From an uncultured Aestuariivirga sp. (GTDB taxonomy: Bacteria > Pseudomonadota > Alphaproteobacteria > Rhizobiales > Aestuariivirgaceae), in contig CAXTKH010000002.1 of NCBI GenBank assembly GCA_964244815.1, forward strand, positions 10,437 to 74,436: a stretch of 64,000 bases of DNA, in the 5' to 3' direction. Shown in pieces: positions 21,438 through 30,480 of the stretch (positions are counted from its first letter, which is position 1; every line of letters starts with the position of its first letter). The notes beneath the pieces were generated by a model. It saw nothing but the letters and a program-made list of their open reading frames with translations, was not told where the DNA came from and did not search any database. A program made the translations under genes and the position numbers.

Positions 21438-23672
21438 TTGAAGTTTCACCACAGTTTCAGGCATAATGCCAAGATGCTCAAGACTCCTGATAAAACAATA
21501 AATGTCAGATTGCGCGGTCTATTTGGCTGGGCAGCACTTGGTCTTGTTATTTTGGGCACGATGACAGGGTTTGTGACGTTCTTGTTGCTCACTAACGCAA
21601 CACCAATCAAACCAACTCCCGAACTCACGACTTATCTTCTAATGGGAAACACGGTGTTGGTTGCGCTGATGGTTTTGATGATCGGCGCTCAAATGTTGCA
21701 TTTGTTGTTTGAGCGAAGGCGAGGTACGGCAGGTATTGGACTGCACATCCGCCTGATTTCGCTTTTCAGCTTAGTGGCCCTCATTCCCGCAATTTTAGTT
21801 GCTGTGTTCGCAACAGTAACTTTGAACAGAGGCTTGGATGCGTGGTTTTCTGATCGCACCAGAGCTATTGTAGACACCGCATCCACCGTTGCCGATGCCT
21901 ATCTATCCAACGCATCTGAAGCAACAAGAACGGATGCTGCAAACATTTCTGCAGATCTCGTTCAGCAATTGCCAGACTTCAACAATGACCGTCTGACCTA
22001 TCTCAAACGCGTAGCGCGTCATATCGCATTGCGAAATCTTGCTGCTGCATTTGTTTTCGATGGCAAGACCAAAGAAATTCAAGCCAACGTAAAGGCTGAT
22101 GAACGCATTAAGTTTATTCCGCCTCCCCAGGAAGCAATTGATCGCGCCGAAAAAGGTGAGCTCGTTGTGTTGCCGCCAGGGCGCGGTGGGAACTTGGTAA
22201 GGGCACTTTTAAAATTGCAGGGGTATCCCTCGCATTTTCTATACATCTACCGTCTTGTGTCTCCCGTTGTTATTGATCAACTCACAAAAACCCGTGACGC
22301 GAAGGCAGAATATGATCAGTTGCTCAAGCAGCGTCTCGGCGTTCAACTCACATTCGGGACAGTTTATGCCGTAGTTGCCCTCATCTTTCTGCTGGCGGCT
22401 ATTTGGGCCGGCATGTGGTTTTCCGACCGACTAGTGGCACCCATCGTCAGACTGCTGAACGCCTCGCGAGAGGTGGCCAAAGGCGACTTCAACGCGAAAG
22501 TGCGAGTGATTGACGGTCCAGGCGATTTGATGACGCTGTCACGCACCTTCAACATGATGACGGATCAAATCAAGTTTCACCAAGACCAATTGGTCGAGAC
22601 CAACCAACAGCTCGATGACAGGCGTAGATTTACTGAAGCAATGTTATCGGGCGTGAGCGCAGGCGTAATCGGCATCAATCCTGATCATCGGATATCGCTC
22701 ATCAACAGATCAGCTCTCGTTTTGTTAGGTCAGCCCGAAGCTGAATTCCTCGGCCAGCCAATCGAAACCAAGCTTGCTGATATGGCGCCAATCTATACTT
22801 TGGCCCTGTCGCGCCCTTCAGGTGCCGCAGAAGGCCAGGTTGATATGAAAATCAACAATCAGGATATCAGCTTCATCGTTCGCATTACGACTGAACGTGG
22901 TGATGACGCTGAGCACGGTTATGTTTTGACGTTTGATGATATTACACAGCTTGTATCAGCCCAACGAAATTCAGCATGGTCAGATATTGCGCGGCGCATT
23001 GCGCATGAAATCAAAAATCCACTCACACCAATTCAGCTATCTGCTGAGCGTCTTAAAAGAAAATACTTGAAAGAGATAACATCAGATAAAGCCGTTTTTG
23101 AACAATGTACTGATACAATCATACGGCAAGTTGGAGATTTGGGCCGGATTGTTGATGAGTTCTCATCCTTCGCCCGCATGCCATCCGCCGTACCAGAGCC
23201 AAACAATCTAAATGATGTCGTGCGCGATGCGACTGTCCTTCAACGCGTTTCTGCTGGAGAAATCGACATCAATCTACACCTATCTGAAACTCCGTTGCAG
23301 TTTTCATTTGATCGCCGTTTGCTGACTCAAGCGATAACCAACCTCGTCAAAAATGCTCAAGAAGCAATTGAAGCACGACAACCTCGCACTGCCCAAGGCA
23401 AAATTGAAGTTTTGACCGGCATCAAAGAGGACATGCCTTTTGTGGCAGTCATCGACAATGGCGTAGGATTGCCGCAGGAGAATCGAAACAGACTTGCCGA
23501 GCCTTATATGACAACTCGTGAAAAAGGCACCGGGCTTGGACTGGCAATCGTCAAACGCATTATGGAAGAACACGGTGGAAGGTTACGCCTCGAAGATGCC
23601 CCAGGTGGGCAGGGCGCAAGCGTAACGCTGTTCTTTGCACCTCTACATACGCTAGCAGAACAAACCGCATAG
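21438..23672 (+). CDS. ntrY: Sensor histidine kinase NtrY
   Basis: Multi-TM N-terminus, HAMP, PAS, H-box HEIKNPLTPIQLSAERL and HATPase. Located in the ntrYX position. Confidence 0.9.
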   Translation: MKFHHSFRHNAKMLKTPDKTINVRLRGLFGWAALGLVILGTMTGFVTFLLLTNATPIKPTPELTTYLLMGNTVLVALMVLMIGAQMLHLLFERRRGTAGIGLHIRLISLFSLVALIPAILVAVFATVTLNRGLDAWFSDRTRAIVDTASTVADAYLSNASEATRTDAANISADLVQQLPDFNNDRLTYLKRVARHIALRNLAAAFVFDGKTKEIQANVKADERIKFIPPPQEAIDRAEKGELVVLPPGRGGNLVRALLKLQGYPSHFLYIYRLVSPVVIDQLTKTRDAKAEYDQLLKQRLGVQLTFGTVYAVVALIFLLAAIWAGMWFSDRLVAPIVRLLNASREVAKGDFNAKVRVIDGPGDLMTLSRTFNMMTDQIKFHQDQLVETNQQLDDRRRFTEAMLSGVSAGVIGINPDHRISLINRSALVLLGQPEAEFLGQPIETKLADMAPIYTLALSRPSGAAEGQVDMKINNQDISFIVRITTERGDDAEHGYVLTFDDITQLVSAQRNSAWSDIARRIAHEIKNPLTPIQLSAERLKRKYLKEITSDKAVFEQCTDTIIRQVGDLGRIVDEFSSFARMPSAVPEPNNLNDVVRDATVLQRVSAGEIDINLHLSETPLQFSFDRRLLTQAITNLVKNAQEAIEARQPRTAQGKIEVLTGIKEDMPFVAVIDNGVGLPQENRNRLAEPYMTTREKGTGLGLAIVKRIMEEHGGRLRLEDAPGGQGASVTLFFAPLHTLAEQTA

Positions 23673-23682
23673 ATGGAATCCC

Positions 23683-25059
23683 ATGGCCGCTGACATTTTA
23701 ATAATCGACGACGAAGCTGACATCCGCGAATTGGTTGCTGGCATATTGCAAGATGAAGGCTATGAGACACGGCTTGCGCATAACTCTGATGCGGCTTTGG
23801 CAGAGATCGCACAGCGAAAACCATCCTTGATTATTCTGGATATTTGGTTGCAAGGATCAAAACTCGATGGCTTGGATTTACTGCTTGAAATAAAGCAGCT
23901 TCATCCAACCTTGCCCATCGTGATCATTTCCGGCCATGGCAACATCGAGACTGCGGTTGCTGCAATCAAGCGTGGCGCTTATGAATACATTGAAAAACCG
24001 TTCAATGCCGATCGTCTCATTCTGGTTATCGGCCGCGCCCTCCAAACTTCGCGGCTGATCCGCGAGAACAGCGAGTTGAAAGGCCGTTCAGGCCTTGACG
24101 CTGAATTGATTGGCAACTCGGCGGCGATGCGGCAGCTTCGACAGTTGATGAAGAAGATTGCACCAACCAATAGCCGCGTTCTGATCACAGGGCCAATGGG
24201 ATCGGGCAAAGAGATGAGCGCACGTGCGTTACATGCCATGTCACTTAGGGCCAATGGTGCATTTGTTGTGTTAAGCGCTGCGTCGATGGCGCCTGAACGC
24301 ATGGAAGAGGAATTGTTTGGCGTTGAAACACCCGGTCAATCCTTGCGCATTGGCGCATTGGAAGAGTCTCATGGTGGAACACTTTACATCGACGAGATTG
24401 CAGATATGCCACTTGAAACACAGGCGAAAGTTTTGCGGGTTCTTGTCGACCAGACTTTCCAACGCGTAGGTGGAACGAAAAAAGTGAAGGTAGATGTGCG
24501 GGTCATCACGTCCACTGCGAAAGATTTGCCGCTGCTGATTACCGAGCAGAAATTCAGGGAAGACCTTTATCACCGCTTGGGCGTTGTGCCAGTGCGCGTA
24601 CCAGCACTGCATGAGCGCCGCGAAGATGTTCCAGAGCTGATTGAATATTTCGCAAAATCATATTCAACAGTTTCGGGCCAACCTTACAAAAAATTCTCAA
24701 CTGATGCCGTGACGATGCTGCAAACACGAGACTGGCCAGGAAATGTTCGCGAGCTGCGTAATAATATCGAACGCGCCATGATTGTCACATCAGGAGAAGC
24801 TGATGAAATCACCTCCAATCATCTGAACTCTGACGCGGTCAATTCATCTACATCGCCCAGCTTGGGCGGCGAACATTTGTTGGCTTTACCACTTCGTGAA
24901 GCACGCGATGCCTTCGAGCGCGATTACATCAACTCGCAACTCTCGAGATTCGGAGGGAACATTTCCCGGACTTCACAATTTATCGGCATGGAACGCTCGG
25001 CTTTGCACCGAAAAATCAAAATGTTGGGGCTTTCCAGTAAGGATAATGATGAAAGTTGA
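23683..25059 (+). CDS. ntrX: Response regulator NtrX (sigma-54 activator-like)
   Basis: Receiver domain, AAA+ domain and a C-terminal HTH. It follows ntrY. Confidence 0.9.
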   Translation: MAADILIIDDEADIRELVAGILQDEGYETRLAHNSDAALAEIAQRKPSLIILDIWLQGSKLDGLDLLLEIKQLHPTLPIVIISGHGNIETAVAAIKRGAYEYIEKPFNADRLILVIGRALQTSRLIRENSELKGRSGLDAELIGNSAAMRQLRQLMKKIAPTNSRVLITGPMGSGKEMSARALHAMSLRANGAFVVLSAASMAPERMEEELFGVETPGQSLRIGALEESHGGTLYIDEIADMPLETQAKVLRVLVDQTFQRVGGTKKVKVDVRVITSTAKDLPLLITEQKFREDLYHRLGVVPVRVPALHERREDVPELIEYFAKSYSTVSGQPYKKFSTDAVTMLQTRDWPGNVRELRNNIERAMIVTSGEADEITSNHLNSDAVNSSTSPSLGGEHLLALPLREARDAFERDYINSQLSRFGGNISRTSQFIGMERSALHRKIKMLGLSSKDNDES

Positions 25060-25150
25060 GATCAGCAAGCTTTTGCCACAATAAGTTTTATGATAGACTT
25101 CCGGTTAATCGCTACGACCCCCAATAACAGAAAAAGATGTGGAACCTATC

Positions 25151-25396
25151 ATGGCGCAAGAAAAACAACAGAATCTGCAAGACACCTTTCTCAATCACCT
25201 TCGCAAGACCAAAATGCCGGTCACAGTGTTTTTGGTAAATGGTGTTAAACTTCAGGGCATAATTACCTGGTTTGATAACTTCTCAATGCTGCTGCGCCGC
25301 GATGGTGTCTCGCAGCTGGTTTATAAACATGCTATTTCAACGATCATGCCCGGCGGGCCAATCAGCCTGTTCGATGATGAGGCTCAAGGCACGTGA
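25151..25396 (+). CDS. hfq: RNA chaperone Hfq
   Basis: [11 protein letters not shown]...[29 protein letters not shown]...LVYKHAIST. Confidence 0.96.
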   Translation: MAQEKQQNLQDTFLNHLRKTKMPVTVFLVNGVKLQGIITWFDNFSMLLRRDGVSQLVYKHAISTIMPGGPISLFDDEAQGT

Positions 25397-26754
25397 CGAT
25401 TAAAAAACACGTCAAGGCAGGCGGTGGTGTTGATTTGCAAATGGAAGGACCGGTGGCCACGAGAGCCATCGTACTTCATGTTGAGCGAAAATCACGCAGC
25501 CTTGTTAATTCATTCGACCGTGATGCCAAGAGCAAGCTTGACGAAGCTATAGGCCTGGCTGAAGCCATCGATCTCGAAATCGTCGATACGGTTATAGCGC
25601 CATTGCTAAAGCCAAACCCTGCGCTTTTTATCGGCAGTGGCAAGGCCAAGGAAATTGCCAAGCTTGTTGAAGACACTGAAGTTGAACTGGTGGTCGTCAA
25701 TGCCCAACTTTCGCCCATTCAACAACGCAACCTTGAAACCGAATGGGGCTGTAAGGTTCTTGACCGCACTGGCCTGATTCTCGAAATCTTCGGTCGCCGT
25801 GCCACTACCAAGGAAGGCATTCTGCAGGTCGAACTGGCGCATCTGAATTATCAGAAGTCGCGCCTCGTTAGATCTTGGACCCACTTGGAACGCCAGCGCG
25901 GCGGCTTCGGCTTTTTGGGTGGCCCCGGCGAAAGCCAGTTGGAAATGGATAAACGCTTGATCCAGGAACGCGTCACCAAGATTGAGGGCGAGCTTGAGAC
26001 TGTGGTCAAAACCCGCGATCTGCACCGCAAGGGCAGGGAGCGCATTCCCTATCCAATTGTGGCATTGGTGGGTTACACCAACGCTGGTAAATCCACATTG
26101 TTCAATAAACTGACCGATGCGAATGTGCTCGCCAAGGATTTGCTGTTTGCAACGCTTGACCCGACGATGCGCAATATCGCGCTGCCAAGCGGGCGCAAAA
26201 TTATTCTGTCTGACACTGTGGGCTTCATCTCCGAACTCCCCACAAAACTTATCGCCTCATTCCGTGCCACCCTTGAAGAAGTGTTAGCGGCAGATGTGAT
26301 TTTGCATGTGCGCGATATCAGCCACAAGGAAACCGAGGCGCAGGCGCAGGACGTGAAGCTGGTGCTTGAAGAATTGGGCATCGACGAACAACGCCGCAGC
26401 GCCATCATCGAAGTGTGGAACAAGTCGGATCTGCTGGACGAGACGGACCTCGCTAACCGTAAAGCCATCGCTCAACGCCGCGAAGATGTGGTGCTGGTGT
26501 CTTCTCTCACGGGCGATGGCATTGACCGACTGCTCGACGCGGTTGAAAATCGGCTGGGAAAGTCATCAACGCTTTACAACATCACAATTGATCCATCAGA
26601 CGGCAAGGGCCTGGCCTGGCTTTATCAACGCGGCGAAGTGTTCGAAACCAAGAACTTCGAAGACGGCCGCACATTGCTGACAGTGCGCATGGATGATGAC
26701 ACGGCAGGGCAGGCGGAAGCAAAGTTTGGCAAGGCGATGAAAGAAAAGCGCTAG
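25393..26754 (+). CDS. hflX: GTPase HflX
   Basis: HflX N-terminal domain plus G-domain motifs ([18 protein letters not shown]). It overlaps hfq by 4 nt. Confidence 0.95.
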   Translation: MTIKKHVKAGGGVDLQMEGPVATRAIVLHVERKSRSLVNSFDRDAKSKLDEAIGLAEAIDLEIVDTVIAPLLKPNPALFIGSGKAKEIAKLVEDTEVELVVVNAQLSPIQQRNLETEWGCKVLDRTGLILEIFGRRATTKEGILQVELAHLNYQKSRLVRSWTHLERQRGGFGFLGGPGESQLEMDKRLIQERVTKIEGELETVVKTRDLHRKGRERIPYPIVALVGYTNAGKSTLFNKLTDANVLAKDLLFATLDPTMRNIALPSGRKIILSDTVGFISELPTKLIASFRATLEEVLAADVILHVRDISHKETEAQAQDVKLVLEELGIDEQRRSAIIEVWNKSDLLDETDLANRKAIAQRREDVVLVSSLTGDGIDRLLDAVENRLGKSSTLYNITIDPSDGKGLAWLYQRGEVFETKNFEDGRTLLTVRMDDDTAGQAEAKFGKAMKEKR

Positions 26755-26829
26755 GGGATTTGGCCAAGCCAGAAGTTTTGGCCGAAATTCAATAGGTTAG
26801 ATTTTTTTATACTATCTAGGATTTTTAGC

Positions 26830-26859
26830 TTGACAAGCGTACGGTGGATGCCCTATATC
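26830..26859 (+). promoter_or_regulatory. Candidate sigma-70-type promoter (TTGACA, 18-nt spacer, TATATC)
   Basis: TTGACA at 26830-26835 and TATATC at 26854-26859, in the 500-nt non-coding gap after hflX. This rests on a sequence match only. Confidence 0.3.
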
Positions 26860-27037
26860 TGGCTAGTCTCCAGAATTGGGCTAGCCCTTCTGGATTCCTA
26901 CCCCATTTTCAACAATAGTCTTGAGCCCATCAGGAAGACGACGTTGAAGAATGCGGATTAAGTTTGGCTTAGGCAATAAAAACCCCTCGCTTAGCTTTCA
27001 CAACCAGATCGTGTAACCTCCAGAATCAGGAGTCAAA

Positions 27038-27184
27038 ATGACTTTTCATTTCAAACTGACAAGCGCTGAACAAACCCAAGACGCCTCCGCTCTAGTCAAT
27101 TTTCACCAGGAGTTGGGCGTGAAGCCGATCGAGATTCACACGATGCTAGCAAGGCTGATTGATCCTCTGTTTTGGGAAAGTTGA
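27038..27184 (+). CDS. Possible small ORF (48 aa) below the ORF-track cutoff
   Basis: The ATG at 27038 is preceded by AGGAG at 27029-27033. Translation: MTFHFKLTSAEQTQDASALVNFHQELGVKPIEIHTMLARLIDPLFWES. No homology recognised. Confidence 0.25.
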   Translation: MTFHFKLTSAEQTQDASALVNFHQELGVKPIEIHTMLARLIDPLFWES

Positions 27185-27257
27185 AGGTCACTTCAGCAGC
27201 ACAAGAGCAGGTTTATAAGGCAATGACCGCAGAAACAACTCAGATAAAAGGCAACGC

Positions 27258-27905
27258 ATGAACCGCCGCAATGTTTTGCATTTCACGGGACTTGCCGGAG
27301 CAGCCACGCTGCTTTCAGGGTGCTGGATGTTTCCTGCGAAATGGTATGAAAAACTGACCGTGACGGTTGAGACACCCGCAGGGGACAAATCGGGCAGTTC
27401 AGTGCGCTGGCAAAAACTCGCTGAAGACATGTTGTTGGACAGAGCCACTAGTGACTTTGCGGGTGAAGCTGTTGTGGTGGAGGTTGCGCCTCGCAAATAT
27501 CTGTTTGTGTTGTTGGAAGAAAACATGCCGCAGGCGGAGCTGATTTATTTCCCGGGCGAACTGCCTTTGAAGTCCACCCGTAAATTGAATGATGTGAAGG
27601 GCAAGGTCGTTGATGTCCCGTCCAATCAACATCCCCTGATGGCAACCTTCGGCAATATGGCAGACCCCAAAAGCATCAAGCAAGTTTTTCCAAATGATTT
27701 GGCAGCAGCGTTTGGATCGGGATACAGGCTTAAGTCATTTACCCTTGAAATCGTTGATGGGCCGGTGACGGTAGGTTCGGTAGCGACTGCACTTCCGTGG
27801 ATACACACTCAAGGGGGCGCATTCTCTCCCAGTGTACTAAAACCAAGTGCTGAATATTCGTTCGCAGAAAAAATGAGTAAAAATTATTTCATTCGAGAGC
27901 AATAA
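27258..27905 (+). CDS. Hypothetical lipoprotein (215 aa) with a Tat-like signal and lipobox
   Basis: The N-terminus MNRRNVLHFTGLAGAATLLSGC contains an RR motif and an LSGC lipobox. No family recognised. Confidence 0.6.
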   Translation: MNRRNVLHFTGLAGAATLLSGCWMFPAKWYEKLTVTVETPAGDKSGSSVRWQKLAEDMLLDRATSDFAGEAVVVEVAPRKYLFVLLEENMPQAELIYFPGELPLKSTRKLNDVKGKVVDVPSNQHPLMATFGNMADPKSIKQVFPNDLAAAFGSGYRLKSFTLEIVDGPVTVGSVATALPWIHTQGGAFSPSVLKPSAEYSFAEKMSKNYFIREQ

Positions 27906-27982
27906 TTTTCTGCAACACCTCAATTAATGCAACACAATTTGCACAGCCCTCTCTTGCTTGTTTTGCTTCGCAAAAAAAGCTG

Positions 27983-28005
27983 CTCTCTCCCGCGAGGGGA
28001 GAGAG
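27983..28005. repeat. Intergenic copy of the 23-nt hairpin repeat family
   Basis: ctctctccc-gcgag-gggagagag, which has the same core as the hairpins inside pdhB and pdhC. Confidence 0.85.
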
Positions 28006-28022
28006 TTGGCGAGCAGCAGATT

Positions 28023-28408
28023 CTAGGTTGGCTGATGTTTCCGCTCACCCGTTCCCCGTTCAAATTCCTGCGCTTGGTTCCACTGTGCGCCCATTTCGGC
28101 CAACTCGCAATCTTTCGGCTCTCGCCCGCGCTTTTCCAACTCAGTTTCGATATATCCAAACCGCCTTGTGAATTTCTCGTTTGTGGTGCGAAGGGCCGCC
28201 TCTGGATCAATCCCCAAATGCCGTGCCACATTGGCCAGCGCAAACAGCGCATCGCCGAATTCCCCCGCCTTATCAGCATCCGAGGCGGCGCAGAGTTCGG
28301 CTATTTCTTCGGTGATTTTATATTGACATTATCAACGATGGCCAATCAAAGCCCAGTTTGGCGGCTTTGCCTTGCAGTTTTAACGCTCGGGTAAAGCGTG
28401 CAGGGCGA
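28023..28408 (-). pseudogene. Relic of the 3' third of a mazG gene (divergent, frameshifted duplicate)
   Basis: Aligns by eye with nt 29518-29883 of the intact mazG at roughly 75-80% identity (KITEEIAEL..DADKAGEFGD.LFALANVARHLGIDPEAALR..NEKFTRRF.YIETELEK). A 2-nt deletion and an in-frame TAA near 28325-28335 break the frame. There is no 5' part. Confidence 0.8.
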
Positions 28409-28558
28409 GACTCAATTGACACTTCTGCCATGCATTGGTAACGCCAACTGCGTTGATTTTTTGCCCAATCTCAAACAAGCGGTAATTTTTTTGGTGGAGA
28501 GAAGTTGAAATTCACACAGTTTTTTGCTGGACCTTATCAATGAGACAGGCTTTGCCCG

Positions 28559-29479
28559 ATGCAAACAAGAAATAACAGTTTCGACTTTGTACGCTTTGTT
28601 GCAGCCTCCGGCGTTATCTTCAGCCACCACTTTCCAATAGCCGGATATGAGGAGCCGTTCATTCGGGGCGTATCTATCGGAACAATATGTGTATCAATAT
28701 TTTTTCTCATGAGTGGGTTTTTAATATGCAAGTCCGTTCAAGCAAACGATGACTTTTCTCGTTTTCTGGCAGCAAGATTGCTGCGGATTGTTCCCAACCT
28801 CGCTTTTGTTTTGGTCGTGACATCAATCGCAACAATTATTATGTATGCAAACTACATTAATTGGTCAATGCACATACAATACATATTCCAAAATTTGGCG
28901 ATGTTGGTTCGCGGGGGCGTAATGTTCCGCATTCCTGGTGTGTTCGAAAATAGACCAATGGATATCCTCAATGGCTCATTGTGGACGCTGCCTTATGAGA
29001 TATGGTGCTACTTCATCCTGTATGGAATTTTGAGATTTTTACCATCATTCTGCCGTCAAATTATTCTGGCATTGGTAGGGATAAGCCTTGTGGTCGCGCT
29101 TTATGCTGATTTCAGCATTCCGGCAACAGCGATAGATGTCAGTTTGCTCGGCAGATTGGGCTTATGGTTTTTTCTGGGTGCAGCATTCGCCGCATTTTCT
29201 GCCAGCTTGCCGTTTCTCAGTTCACCAACATTTTCATGGTTCAGCAAATGGGGAGACCCATCTTACGGAATGTATATAACCGCATGGCCAATTCAGCAGT
29301 TTACCACCACAGTCGTTCATGATTTCTGGCTTGGAATGTTATTGTCGTGGCTTGCTACGATAGCAATTGGTTATGCAACTTGGCACATATTTGAACGTAA
29401 AGCCCTCTTGCAAATTCGTCCATTATCCGCGTTTTTCAGAACGCAGTTCAGGACACGGGGTAATGCAAAAATAAATTAA
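28559..29479 (+). CDS. Acyltransferase family 3 (OafA/YrhL-like) integral membrane O-acyltransferase
   Basis: The N-terminal FDFVRFVAASGVIFSHH motif and multiple TM helices throughout. Visibly lower G+C than its neighbours. Confidence 0.8.
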   Translation: MQTRNNSFDFVRFVAASGVIFSHHFPIAGYEEPFIRGVSIGTICVSIFFLMSGFLICKSVQANDDFSRFLAARLLRIVPNLAFVLVVTSIATIIMYANYINWSMHIQYIFQNLAMLVRGGVMFRIPGVFENRPMDILNGSLWTLPYEIWCYFILYGILRFLPSFCRQIILALVGISLVVALYADFSIPATAIDVSLLGRLGLWFFLGAAFAAFSASLPFLSSPTFSWFSKWGDPSYGMYITAWPIQQFTTTVVHDFWLGMLLSWLATIAIGYATWHIFERKALLQIRPLSAFFRTQFRTRGNAKIN

Positions 29480-29517
29480 TCTTCGTATGTTCTTGGATAT
29501 TCAGGTGATTGCCCACT

Positions 29518-30315
29518 TCACAGCCCTACCTCAAATTCCTTGGCTTGGTTCCACAGTGCATCCATTTCTTCAAGATTTGAATCCATCGGCTCGCGTCCCA
29601 GCTTTTCCAACTCAGTTTCGATGTAGGCAAAGCGCCTTGTGAATTTCTCGTTTGCAGCGCGCAATGCGGCTTCGGGGTCGATCCCTAGATGCCGTGCCAC
29701 ATTGGCGAGTGCAAACAGCACGTCACCAAACTCACCTGCTTTATCAGCATCGGCAGCTTCGCGGAGTTCGGCTATTTCTTCGGTGATTTTATCGTAGACG
29801 TTTTCAACTGATGGCCAATCAAAGCCCACCTTTGCGGCTTTGGCTTGCAGCATTAACGCGCGGGTCAAGCCGGGCAGGGCGATGGGCACAGATGCGAGCA
29901 GGCTTTGTTTGGGCTGGCCTTGACGTTCCTTGGCTTTGTTGGCTTCCCAAAAACCTTTGGCAACACCTTTGGCCTTTGCCTCAGCATCCCCAAACACATG
30001 CGGATGGCGCCGGATCATTTTGATGACGACGGCTTCAATCACATCATCAAATGTGAAGCTGCCTTCTTCGGCTGCCATTTGCGCGTGGTATATGGGTTGC
30101 AACAGCAAATCGCCCAACTCTTCGCATAGGTCAGCCTTATTGCCGCGCTGGATGGCATCGGCCACCTCGTAAGCTTCCTCGATTGTATAGGGTGCAATCG
30201 AATCGAAGTTTTGCTCCAAGTCCCATGGGCAACCTGTGACGGGGGTTCGCAGCGCTGCCATGATTGCGCGGAGGGTGGCAATGTTACGCGGATCCATGGT
30301 GGTTGGGTCGTTCAT
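29518..30315 (-). CDS. mazG: Nucleoside triphosphate pyrophosphohydrolase MazG
   Basis: Two MazG domains (EEAYEVADAI, ELGDLL; EEIAELREA, EFGDVLFAL). The ATG at 30315 (MNDPTTM) is preferred over the track start at 30414. Confidence 0.9.
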   Translation of the reverse strand: MNDPTTMDPRNIATLRAIMAALRTPVTGCPWDLEQNFDSIAPYTIEEAYEVADAIQRGNKADLCEELGDLLLQPIYHAQMAAEEGSFTFDDVIEAVVIKMIRRHPHVFGDAEAKAKGVAKGFWEANKAKERQGQPKQSLLASVPIALPGLTRALMLQAKAAKVGFDWPSVENVYDKITEEIAELREAADADKAGEFGDVLFALANVARHLGIDPEAALRAANEKFTRRFAYIETELEKLGREPMDSNLEEMDALWNQAKEFEVGL

Positions 30316-30480
30316 TTTCGGTCGTCCAGTGAATCCAGAGAAATCGGTTTTAGTATTTTTGTGGCGAATTTGTAAAGCTTGCACAATGCGCGATAATACA
30401 TGGTTTCTCCACATTAATTCTGTCGAAGCGAGACTATTTTAACGTTTCGCTAACCATAAATATCATACTCCATTCTCAAT

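Noticed and set aside
27927-28394. A 155-aa plus-strand ORF, plus the minus-strand ORFs 27920-28279 and 28023-28229.
   Set aside because: They overlap the mazG 3' relic. The only meaningful similarity is to the MazG C-terminus in a frame broken by a 2-nt deletion, so the region is called a pseudogene rather than new genes.
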